Source: Chthonomonadales bacterium (lineage in GTDB: Bacteria; Armatimonadota; Chthonomonadetes; Chthonomonadales; CAJBBX01). Taken from it: a DNA stretch of 64,000 nt. Position numbers and translations under genes: made by a program. Of the stretch, positions 30,190-38,951 are shown one piece after another; position 1 is the stretch's first letter, and each line of letters begins with the position of its first letter. The stretch is taken from contig JBBIPC010000003.1 in the NCBI GenBank assembly GCA_037443035.1, forward strand, positions 161,383 to 225,382, written 5' to 3'. The notes under the pieces are model-generated. The model did not search any database, was not told the DNA's origin, and saw only the letters and a list, made by a program, of their open reading frames with translations.

Positions 30190-31128
30190 TCATCGGTTCG
30201 CGCCGCTGCTCGCCCGAGCGACGAGCGCTCGGAACGCCGTCCACAGATCTCCGCGGGCGGCATAAATCACCCGGACACCGCCCGCAGGATGCCGGAGAAG
30301 ATGTGCCGCTACCGCTGTCGAATCTGCACCAGCGATGCGGAGTCCCTGTGGCGTCTCCACGACCTCGACATCGAAGATTCCACGCAGAGTCCGCTGGACC
30401 GTCGAGGGGTCGGCTGCCTCCACCGTGATGCTGTCGGGAGCGTAATCGCGGACGAGACCTGCCGTATCCTCCAAGGCCAGCACGTGTCCCCGGTGGAGGA
30501 TGAGCACGCGGTCCGAACGCTCCGCCTGCCTACTGCTAGCGGTAGCGTGCAGCACTGCCATACCGTCCGCAGCACGCCGACCGTCGAGGAAGCTCCGGAA
30601 CCGTTCCGCCGCGGGCTCAGGCACAGACCCGAGCACATCATCGAGAAGCAACACTGGCGGCTCGGCGGCAATCGCGAACACAAGCTCCAGCATGATCCGT
30701 TGTACTGGTGTCGTGTCCCGTTCAGGCATCTCGCGGAGGTCCTGCAAGCCCATGATCTCGAGGGCTGCTTCGGCACGTCCTTCCCTCCGCGTCTTTGGCG
30801 TGCCATAGGCGGCAAGACGCTGAGTCAGGCGCTGAAGCACGGTGAGACGGCCAGGGGGAGCGAGCAACTGCCGAATGAAGAGCGGGCACACTGCACGTAC
30901 GTCACCAGCTTCGGGACGCAAGTCGCCAGCTACGAGGCGGAGCAGGACAGACTTGCCGGCCCCGGGAGGTCCGAATGCCGTCACCCACTGCCCCTCCTCC
31001 ACGCGGAGCGAGAGGTCCTGGAACCCGCCCTCGCCAGCGAATCGGAGCGTTGCCCCACGGACTTCTACAGGCGGTTTCCCGTATGCGCCGGCCGACTCGT
31101 GGGAGGTGTGCTCGATGTTACCAGCCAA
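30190..31128 (-). CDS. ABC-type ATP-binding protein with degenerate catalytic motifs
   Basis: Walker A GPPGAGKS; signature position reads TTPVQ; Walker B LLLDD; no His at the switch (HATAS); DrrA-like C-terminal extension. Confidence 0.75.
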   Translation of the reverse strand: MAGNIEHTSHESAGAYGKPPVEVRGATLRFAGEGGFQDLSLRVEEGQWVTAFGPPGAGKSVLLRLVAGDLRPEAGDVRAVCPLFIRQLLAPPGRLTVLQRLTQRLAAYGTPKTRREGRAEAALEIMGLQDLREMPERDTTPVQRIMLELVFAIAAEPPVLLLDDVLGSVPEPAAERFRSFLDGRRAADGMAVLHATASSRQAERSDRVLILHRGHVLALEDTAGLVRDYAPDSITVEAADPSTVQRTLRGIFDVEVVETPQGLRIAGADSTAVAAHLLRHPAGGVRVIYAARGDLWTAFRALVARASSGANR

Positions 31129-31134
31129 GCGTTG

Positions 31135-33243
31135 CTACCTTCGCTCGATTACCAACTTGGCCGCCGCGATGTCAACTCGCCAGAGCTCACCGGTAGCTGA
31201 GTCTATGAAGAAGCGGTTCTTGATCGGCTCCACATCGCAGACGATGCACAATCGGTCTTCTCCCAGCACCCGGATGGTCTGCAGCTCCGGCTGGCTTTTG
31301 AACGTCAGTTCGACTCGTTGCATGGTCGCAGCCGCGAAGAACGGCACGACCCGAGTATCGCCGGGCCTGATGCGCATGGAGCGGCAGTCGAGAGAGAACA
31401 GACTGATCAGATTGTTCATTTGCAGCAGCACACCGCGCTGTACCGGAAGCGACCGAACCACGGGCATTTCACCGATCTTCAGGTCCGCAGCGACCTTGCC
31501 AGCCGTGAATGTGTACGTGCCGGTCTGCCGCGTGCCTGACACTCCTGCGTCGAAGGTCAGCTTGCGAGGTGAACCATCCTCGAAGAGCGAGTAACCTCCG
31601 AGCATGCTCACCTTCTGTGGTGGCGTGCCGACCTCTATCGTGAAGCTATAGGTCCAATCGCTGTAGGCGCGATCTCCCTCGACTCCAACTTGTACGCAAC
31701 GCGCCGTCTGCTCGCCGATCTCCTTGCCGTCAGCAAGGAAGACCCAGCGCTCCGAATCGCCCACCTTGGGACGGTACGTCTCGCCGCGGGGTGCTTCTGC
31801 CGCAGGTTCCAGTTTGGGGGCGTAGTCGAGCACCTCGATGTTGACAGACTTCAGCCCGGCCAAGTTCCATAGAGTGAGGTGGGCAGGGCTCAGCGTGCCC
31901 ACTTCTCCGGTGGTCGTGTCTATGGGCACCCAGCCGTCCTGGCCCATCCACACGCGCGTCCAGTAGTGCTGGCCGAACGACCCACCCAGTGCCTCCGAGT
32001 AAAGCACGCCGCCTGTGATGCGGGCAGGTATCCCGGCGGCACGGCAGAGAGCGATGGTCAGCCACGTATGGGGTCCGCAGTCTCCCTTCTTGGTGCGCAG
32101 GCACTCCAACGCACCCGAACCCGTGATGGCGTACCGGATGTTCTTGTGCACCCAGTCGCCTATGCGTTTCACGGCATCCCAGGATGTCGTCGCGCCCCCC
32201 ACAAGCTTCTTGGCTAGCGCCCGTATCTCAGGGTCGTCGCATTCGATGTTCGGCTCAGGACGCAAGTATCGGGCAAGGGCTGGGTCCTTGGGGCGCATAG
32301 CGCCGAGTGGCGGAGCATGGGAGGGTGTGTAGGTATACCGATCGATCTCGAACACGCCATCTACGACGCCATCCGCGGCCGTGCCAGTGAACTTCTGCGT
32401 GGGGGTCTGGAGGGAGGCGGGCGTTGGTTTCTCGCCTGATACCCCGATGCGAGCATGCACCTTCAGAAAGGACAGCTTGTCCGCCGATGGGAGCGGATCA
32501 TTGACAATCGCGAACAGTCGGGCGCCGACATCGTAAGTACCTAGACCCTTGAGAGCGGCTAGGCCGGCCAGTCTGAACACGGCTTTCTGGTCGGGCACCC
32601 GCATCTCGATGAGATCTCGCTTGCCACGCGCCACGAGCAGTTCGATACCTACGCCGTCGCCCTGCACGCCGATGCGATCGCAAATGCGAGTCCCTTGCGG
32701 TGTGTCGGCTCTCGCCGTCTCGAGGCGCTTGAGCCGCAGAGTACGAATCGCCCCACCCAGCGGCGCCAAGACACGCAGCGACGCTGGTACCTTATCACCC
32801 CAGCGCGCTACGGCCATGGCCCACGTATCCATGCTGTTTCCCTCGATGACGCATGTATCGGGGGTCCACGGTAATACCTTGGTGGTCGGCTTTCCTGCTA
32901 TCGTGCCAGTTACGCGGACCGTCTTGGCGCTTACGACGCAGTCCACCTTTACCTTCTCATTTCCACGCTGGAAATCGAGGGTGTAGCGCTTGAGCCGTCC
33001 GCTGGTCGTGTAGAAGCCGGTGGCCCGGTAGGTCATGTCGAATGGCGATCCCAGGAGCTTCACTTTGATGGCTGTCTCGCTATTGACTGAAACGCCATTG
33101 GCACCCTTGGTCCTCGTGTAGCGGCTGTAGCCGATGCGTCTTCCCTCCATGGTCAGTTCGTAGACGGTGGGAGCCTGGGCCAGGGCACCGACCATGCAAC
33201 CTATGGCCAGCAGCAGAGTACAGACTAGGCTGCGGATTCTCAC
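31135..33243 (-). CDS. Exported transglutaminase-like domain protein
   Basis: Signal peptide; KKGDCGPH (Cys), ALCRAAGIPAR, GQHYWTRV (His), WVPIDTT (Asp); beta-rich flanking domains. Confidence 0.85.
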   Translation of the reverse strand: MRIRSLVCTLLLAIGCMVGALAQAPTVYELTMEGRRIGYSRYTRTKGANGVSVNSETAIKVKLLGSPFDMTYRATGFYTTSGRLKRYTLDFQRGNEKVKVDCVVSAKTVRVTGTIAGKPTTKVLPWTPDTCVIEGNSMDTWAMAVARWGDKVPASLRVLAPLGGAIRTLRLKRLETARADTPQGTRICDRIGVQGDGVGIELLVARGKRDLIEMRVPDQKAVFRLAGLAALKGLGTYDVGARLFAIVNDPLPSADKLSFLKVHARIGVSGEKPTPASLQTPTQKFTGTAADGVVDGVFEIDRYTYTPSHAPPLGAMRPKDPALARYLRPEPNIECDDPEIRALAKKLVGGATTSWDAVKRIGDWVHKNIRYAITGSGALECLRTKKGDCGPHTWLTIALCRAAGIPARITGGVLYSEALGGSFGQHYWTRVWMGQDGWVPIDTTTGEVGTLSPAHLTLWNLAGLKSVNIEVLDYAPKLEPAAEAPRGETYRPKVGDSERWVFLADGKEIGEQTARCVQVGVEGDRAYSDWTYSFTIEVGTPPQKVSMLGGYSLFEDGSPRKLTFDAGVSGTRQTGTYTFTAGKVAADLKIGEMPVVRSLPVQRGVLLQMNNLISLFSLDCRSMRIRPGDTRVVPFFAAATMQRVELTFKSQPELQTIRVLGEDRLCIVCDVEPIKNRFFIDSATGELWRVDIAAAKLVIERR

Positions 33244-33363
33244 TTCCTACCTCCCCGCCATGACGCGTCTGCGGCACGGACTTCCAGGCTATCGTACCGC
33301 AACGGAGGCGAACGCAGGTATTGTAGGATGCGATAAGGTCTTGTCATCAGGAGGGATGCGTAC

Positions 33364-35124
33364 ATGGGTCTTGACCACTTGCTTTGCATGGCGGTTGCAG
33401 CGCTCGCCACTACGCGGACCGGTGCGCCGACAGAAATGCTGCCACAGGGTCCCTGGGGCACCATCGTACAGAAGCCAGGGCAGCTCCAGGTCGAGGATGT
33501 CCCAATGCAGCGGATGCTCGGAGGGGCCAGCAAGGCGCTTCGAGTAACGGTGAAGGAGAAGTCCGACCCTTTCTATGCCGTGCAGATCTTCAAGGACATT
33601 CCCGTCGCAATCCAGTCGGGAACCCGGGTTCGTCTCGAGTTCTATGCTAGGTCGCGTTCCGACAATCCGCTCCGGGCTGTAGTGGAGAAGGTCGGCCCTC
33701 CGTACACGGGCGTCGCAGAGCTGAACCTGGCGCTGACGCCCACATGGACCCGGTATAGTGCCTCGGGTACTGCTCCCCAGTTTCCAGCCGGCGGCATGGG
33801 TGTACGCTTCCAGGTGGGTCACCAGGAAGGAGAGATCGAGTTGGCAGACATTCATGTGTGGAACGAAGGACTCGACCCTGCGGTGTCTGCGGCGGACGAA
33901 GCCATTCGTCCCGAGGCGGTGGAGGCACGCATTCGCCAATATCGCACAGGCAGCCTCAGGATCGAAGTCGTGGATCGGTCCGGCAAGCCGGTTCGTGGAG
34001 CCTCGGTGCAGATCCAGCAGACACAGCACGCCTTCCTGTTCGGTTCCAACATATTCCAACTCAACCCTACGGACACGAGTCCGCTGCAGACGGAATACCA
34101 GCGGCGCTTCGCGGCTCTCCTCAATTACGCTACGCTCCCGTTCTACTGGGGATCCTTCGAACCTGAGGAGGGTCGGAAAGCCTATGAGCGGTTGGAGGCT
34201 ATGGCTAGGTGGTGCCGCGAGCACGGAATCGTCACGAAGGGCCACCCCCTTGTCTGGCACGAAGTGTATCCCCGTTGGGCGCCCACCGATCCTGACAAAG
34301 CGGTGCGGTTACTCGAGGCACGCGTGAAGGAGATCATCCCTCGTTACGCCGGTCTTATCCGTTACTGGGACGTATTCAATGAAGCGAACAACGCGGCGAT
34401 GTTCGTGCGCACTGGCACCGGCGCATGGGTCAAGCGCGACGGCCCTGTCGCAGCGGTCGCCGCTGCACTCCGGTGGGCAAGGGAGGCCAGCAAGGGCACG
34501 GACACGGTCTTGCTCTACAATGACTTCAACACGACCGAAGCCAACGTCCGGCTGTTGCAGGGTCTCAAGGAGCGTAGGAGCCTGCCTGACGCCATCGGTA
34601 TTCAGAGTCATATGCACGGCGGCGTCTGGCCTCTGACCAAAGTGTGGATGGTCACAGAGCAGTTCGCACGGTTCGGCCGACCGATCCACTACACCGAAGT
34701 CACGGTGCTGAGCGGTGACAGGCCATCCACGCCGGCCGCTCCGTGGGTAACTACGCCCGAGGGAGAGCAGAAGCAGGCCGACTACGTCGAGCGCTTCTAC
34801 AGCCTCCTGTTCAGCCATCCATCTGTGGAAGCGATTACGTGGTGGGACTTCAGCGACCTGAATGCGTGGCAGGCCGCACCGGCGGGATTCCTGCGCAAGG
34901 ACATGAGCCCGAAGCCTGCCTACGAGCGATTGATGGGTCTGATCAAGGGGAAGTGGTGGACGCACGCATCAGGAGCAACCGATGCACGCGGAGTATATAC
35001 GGTCACGGCATTCCAGGGCACCCACGAGGTCACGGTTTCGGATGGAAGGGGCAGGACCAAGACCGTGAGCGTCACCCTACCTATTCGGAAGAAACGTGCA
35101 GCGGTGCGGGTGGTCCTGGAGTAA
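33364..35124 (+). CDS. GH10 endo-1,4-beta-xylanase-like hydrolase with an N-terminal carbohydrate-binding-like domain
   Basis: KGHPLVWH, WDVFNEA (acid/base), LYNDFN, IGIQSH, IHYTEV (nucleophile), ITWWDF, PKPAY. Confidence 0.88.
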   Translation: MGLDHLLCMAVAALATTRTGAPTEMLPQGPWGTIVQKPGQLQVEDVPMQRMLGGASKALRVTVKEKSDPFYAVQIFKDIPVAIQSGTRVRLEFYARSRSDNPLRAVVEKVGPPYTGVAELNLALTPTWTRYSASGTAPQFPAGGMGVRFQVGHQEGEIELADIHVWNEGLDPAVSAADEAIRPEAVEARIRQYRTGSLRIEVVDRSGKPVRGASVQIQQTQHAFLFGSNIFQLNPTDTSPLQTEYQRRFAALLNYATLPFYWGSFEPEEGRKAYERLEAMARWCREHGIVTKGHPLVWHEVYPRWAPTDPDKAVRLLEARVKEIIPRYAGLIRYWDVFNEANNAAMFVRTGTGAWVKRDGPVAAVAAALRWAREASKGTDTVLLYNDFNTTEANVRLLQGLKERRSLPDAIGIQSHMHGGVWPLTKVWMVTEQFARFGRPIHYTEVTVLSGDRPSTPAAPWVTTPEGEQKQADYVERFYSLLFSHPSVEAITWWDFSDLNAWQAAPAGFLRKDMSPKPAYERLMGLIKGKWWTHASGATDARGVYTVTAFQGTHEVTVSDGRGRTKTVSVTLPIRKKRAAVRVVLE

Positions 35125-35190
35125 GCGCCCGGCACGAGCCGATCCCGGCAAGTGAGGCGGCTGGCGGGACGCGAGACGCATGACACAGAA

Positions 35191-35223
35191 GAGGAGAGGG
35201 ATCCTTTGGGAAACCCTCTCCTC
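35191..35223 (-). terminator. Intrinsic terminator between convergent genes
   Basis: GAGGAGAGGG / CCCTCTCCTC 10-bp inverted repeat; short U-rich tail on the minus strand. Confidence 0.6.
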
Positions 35224-35322
35224 GCTGAGTTGCACGCTTGCGGCTAGGTGCTAGCCAGTTGGCGATCAGGACAACGTGCCTATCCTCTGTTCCGGCTACC
35301 GCTGCCTGACCGGTCGAACAGA

Positions 35323-35880
35323 CTAGAACTTGTAGCCGATGTAGGTGCGGAAGCCGTCCACATTCCAGGACGTATCGTGCTTGTCAACCCACTCGTAGCG
35401 GGTCTCGAGCGAGAGCTTGTCCGAGAGCTTGAGACCGGCGATCAGGCCGCCGCCCCAGCGTGTGACCGTCGGGACGCCGAAGCCGTTGGTCACTCCCATG
35501 GTGGCTGCAGTGACGCAGAAGCCCACGTAGGGCACCTTGCCATTCTGCTCCTCAAAGGAGTAGACCTGGTTGATGGAGACTGGTACATACCGCATGATCC
35601 CCACTTTCCTCTGGGAATAGTGGAAATCCACGGAGATGCTGGTGCTCCAGGACTCGCCGTTCAGCACCTTGGGGACGAAGGGCAGATCGTACTCGAGGCC
35701 CAGGCTCCAGGCACCGAAGTCCACCACGTTGCGCGATTCGCTCGTCGCTGGGGTCCAGAGACCAGCTCGAAGGCTCAGACCCTTCACGAAGTCGGCGCGT
35801 GCGGCGGAGCCCAGAACGAGGCATACGGACACCAGAACAGCCACGCTGCCGAGCTTGGCAACATGCTTCGTCAGGTTCAT
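35323..35880 (-). CDS. Small outer-membrane beta-barrel protein (OmpA/OmpW-like)
   Basis: ATG 35880 after GGAG; signal peptide ARA; amphipathic strands, PYVG, C-terminal YIGYKF. Confidence 0.8.
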   Translation of the reverse strand: MNLTKHVAKLGSVAVLVSVCLVLGSAARADFVKGLSLRAGLWTPATSESRNVVDFGAWSLGLEYDLPFVPKVLNGESWSTSISVDFHYSQRKVGIMRYVPVSINQVYSFEEQNGKVPYVGFCVTAATMGVTNGFGVPTVTRWGGGLIAGLKLSDKLSLETRYEWVDKHDTSWNVDGFRTYIGYKF

Positions 35881-36086
35881 GCTGACGCTCCTCCGATTGC
35901 AGTCGCTCGCGAGATGCATGGCTGCGTATCGCCGAACAGGGACAGCGATCTCAGACACGATCCCACGGGGGCACGCCGCGTCATGACGCAGCATCCCCAT
36001 TCGCTATTCTAACACAACGCCTTGCATTCCTGCATCATCACAATCCTCTCCTGTATAATGCGTGTGAACCTTCAGGAGGGTTGGTC

Positions 36087-36941
36087 ATGAAGTTCCGCCA
36101 CGTCACCGTGTTCGCCAACAGCTCTCGGCCGGGAGTGCCCGAGACAGCCCATGCCGTAGAGCAGCGCCTACGGACCGCTGGTATTCAGGTCGCACACGTG
36201 GAGGCTATGAGCACCGACGTGGGGGATCCTGGTGGTGTCCTGCCCGATACGGACCTCGTCATCACGCTGGGTGGCGATGGGACCATTTTGGGCGCCAGCC
36301 GCCTGGCTGCTCCTCTGGGCGTTCCCATCCTGGGGGTCCACATGGGCCGATTCGGTTTCATAACCGAAGTGCATCCCGACTGTTTGGAAGAACGGCTCGA
36401 TGATGTCATTGCAGGCCGCTACGTCCTCGAAGAACGGGTCATGGTTCTCGGCGAGGTTCAGCGGCAAGGGGAGACCATTCACACGGCGTTCGGTCTCAAC
36501 GATGTGGTGATCAACCGCGGCGCGATGACACGCATGCTCCAGCTCAGCACACGCATCGGTGACGGTCCAGCCATGGAGTATGTAGCGGACGGCGTCATCG
36601 TGGCGACGCCGACAGGTTCGACGGCCTATGCGCTGTCGGCTGGCGGCCCGCTCATGGATCCCACGGTCCATGCTCTTCTCGTCGCCCCCATCTGCCCACA
36701 CACGCTTGCTGCGCGCCCCATCGTCGTACCGGACACCCAGACCATCTCCTTCCTCGTGGAGACCGATGGCGGTGAGGTCCGGTTCACGGCCGATAGCACA
36801 TCCGTTTTCTCCCTGCTGGCGGGCGACACGGTGCTTGTCCGCCGATCCTTCCACACGACTCGCCTGATCGTGTTTCGGTCGGCCTCGTTCTACGACAAGG
36901 TACACGAGCGCCTCCTCTGGGGCGAACGGGTCAACGAGTAG
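36087..36941 (+). CDS. nadK: NAD(+) kinase
   Basis: LGGDGTIL, PILGVHMGRFGFIT, LNDVV, DGVIVATPTGSTAYALSAGGP, PICPH. Confidence 0.96.
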   Translation: MKFRHVTVFANSSRPGVPETAHAVEQRLRTAGIQVAHVEAMSTDVGDPGGVLPDTDLVITLGGDGTILGASRLAAPLGVPILGVHMGRFGFITEVHPDCLEERLDDVIAGRYVLEERVMVLGEVQRQGETIHTAFGLNDVVINRGAMTRMLQLSTRIGDGPAMEYVADGVIVATPTGSTAYALSAGGPLMDPTVHALLVAPICPHTLAARPIVVPDTQTISFLVETDGGEVRFTADSTSVFSLLAGDTVLVRRSFHTTRLIVFRSASFYDKVHERLLWGERVNE

Positions 36942-36997
36942 AGATCATCCGGCACTCTGCTGTCGTAGAGGTACTGGCGTCGGTGGCATCGCAACAA

Positions 36998-37033
36998 GAG
37001 ACCGCCCTGTCTCGGACAAGACAGGGCGGTCTC
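36998..37033. terminator. Probable bidirectional terminator
   Basis: Perfect 15-bp inverted repeat GAGACCGCCCTGTCT / AGACAGGGCGGTCTC between convergent genes. Confidence 0.75.
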
Positions 37034-37055
37034 ATGAGGCGCGAGCTATGCAGCT

Positions 37056-38669
37056 CTACTTCGTGCGAAGCAGGACGCGACCCGTGGCCTCATCGTAGCG
37101 GGCATCCACGGAGAGGGCATCGCGGATGAACGTCAGCGGCACGAGTGTACGACCACTGTCAATGAACGGCGCACGCTCGAGTGTGAGCTGGCGATTGTTG
37201 ACAAGAGCCGTGTTCTTGCCGATCTTGAGCTCGATCTCGCGCGTGTCGTTCACGGCACGGACCGTTTTCGCCGATCCGTACCAGTAGAGCTTGCCACCTG
37301 TGTGCTCGAAGATCTGCCGAATGGGCGCCAGGCCGATGCCGGCCTCCACCCGTGGCAGAACGTCGAATGCCAGTACGACGCCGTCGAACGCCACGTCGAA
37401 GGCGCCGACCTGTGGCACGACGAGCTTCTGCCCGGGCCGCAGGGTGTCATGAGCTTCCGCCTTGACGTTGTTCAGTCGAGCGATCTCTGCTGCGCTGACA
37501 CCGGTCTTGCGGCTGACATCTGCCAGTGTTTCCCCCGGCTTCACTGCAACAGTCGTCGGGGCGACACTCCGCTTTGCGGGCTGCGCTGCCACCGAAGCCG
37601 CTGCCCTCGCTGCTCCTCTCGGCCGTGAAGACGGCTCCACGGGTACGGGACCAACCATGCTTGTCCCTACCCTGGGCATGCGGTCGGGGGCTGCGCTGAT
37701 ACGGGGCGCAGGCACGGTCGGAAGGGCACGAGCCGCACCGGCACGTGTGGATGGTTCCGCGGGGCGTGCGCCGCCTACTGGGGATGGCGCCACCGTCGTG
37801 CGCGAAGGAGAAGCGGGACCCACCGGCATCCTATCGGTAGGTTCTGGGGTAAGAACGATCGAACGCTTCGGTTCACCGGCAGGCTTCGTGGTGACAGGAG
37901 CACTCGTCTTGGCAGCCGCCTGCGGGGTAGATGGCTGAGTCGAAGGCTTCTCGGTTCGCAGATCTTCCACCACCGGTTGGCGCTGGGTAAAGCCGCCCGA
38001 GTTGTTCACATTGACGTGCACGGGTCTGGACTTGTACGGAGCAGCCATGTCCGGCGACTGGGTCCACGCCTCTAGAGTGTGCCAGCCATTCGGATAGGTG
38101 GTCGTGTCCCAGTTGTACTCGTAAGGCGGATAGTTCCTGAGGACCTTCAGCTCCTTGTTAATGAAGAAGGTCACGTACGGGCGCTGCCGCTGCAGTTCTT
38201 CGTCCAGTTTGACGCGGACCGGTACCGTGCCGCTGACCTGAACGCCGTTCAGCGGATACGCTATGCGCACCGGCGCTGAGAGGTCGGGACCAGGGATACG
38301 GAGTCGGGCAGGCGCCGTCACGGAGCGACCGTCGGGACCGAACGCCTTGATAATCAGGTCATGGTCTCCTTCGGTCAGCAGCATGGTCTCGAGGACGAAT
38401 GTCATGACACCGTGTGTCTGTGTGCTGGCGAGCTGCCGCTTGGCAACCAGCGCGCCATCCAGATACACCTCGACAGCCTCGATGGCGCCGCCACGGTAGC
38501 TCACGTCGAGCGATAGACGGTCGCCGATGCTGGTCGGGTCCGGAGCAATGACGTTGAGTTGCAATCCGCCACGCGTCTGCCTCACCGCGCCCTGACCGAC
38601 CTGGCCTACAGTTAGCACAAGCACAGCAACACACGCTGCGCGCAGCACACCGCTGAGCCTTAGTGCCAT
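37056..38669 (-). CDS. Exported cell-envelope protein: two Ig-like domains, Pro/Ala-rich linker, LysM, copper-amine-oxidase N-terminal (stalk) domain
   Basis: VEVYLDG and PPYEYNWDTTTYPNGWHTLEA Ig-like motifs; VKPGETLADVS...EIARLN...LRPGQKLVVP (LysM); APFIDSGRTLVPLTFI. Confidence 0.85.
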   Translation of the reverse strand: MALRLSGVLRAACVAVLVLTVGQVGQGAVRQTRGGLQLNVIAPDPTSIGDRLSLDVSYRGGAIEAVEVYLDGALVAKRQLASTQTHGVMTFVLETMLLTEGDHDLIIKAFGPDGRSVTAPARLRIPGPDLSAPVRIAYPLNGVQVSGTVPVRVKLDEELQRQRPYVTFFINKELKVLRNYPPYEYNWDTTTYPNGWHTLEAWTQSPDMAAPYKSRPVHVNVNNSGGFTQRQPVVEDLRTEKPSTQPSTPQAAAKTSAPVTTKPAGEPKRSIVLTPEPTDRMPVGPASPSRTTVAPSPVGGARPAEPSTRAGAARALPTVPAPRISAAPDRMPRVGTSMVGPVPVEPSSRPRGAARAAASVAAQPAKRSVAPTTVAVKPGETLADVSRKTGVSAAEIARLNNVKAEAHDTLRPGQKLVVPQVGAFDVAFDGVVLAFDVLPRVEAGIGLAPIRQIFEHTGGKLYWYGSAKTVRAVNDTREIELKIGKNTALVNNRQLTLERAPFIDSGRTLVPLTFIRDALSVDARYDEATGRVLLRTK

Positions 38670-38772
38670 GGTGGCCTCCCGTTGATCCGATGCGCCACCT
38701 CACAGTAGCACTCGGACCGAACTGTGATTGCCCCCAACGCACGTCTAGCGTGCCGTGCGTTCGAGGGACAAC

Positions 38773-38801
38773 ACTTTAGCATATCGCATGCATGCTGTCA
38801 A
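38773..38801 (-). promoter_or_regulatory. Sigma70-type promoter for the LysM gene
   Basis: TTGACA-N17-TAAAGT with an extended TG. Confidence 0.7.
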
Positions 38802-38951
38802 GCACGGGGCTTCTCTCACGGTCGCCCAGGCGTACGTTGCAGGTAGACCGCCTATCCGCTTCGTCGGGATGCCTTTCGTGGTGTACACTCGTATCCGTAG
38901 AGACAGCGTCTAACGGTCCGTGAGCCGGACTCGTTTGGAGGAGGAACCCGT

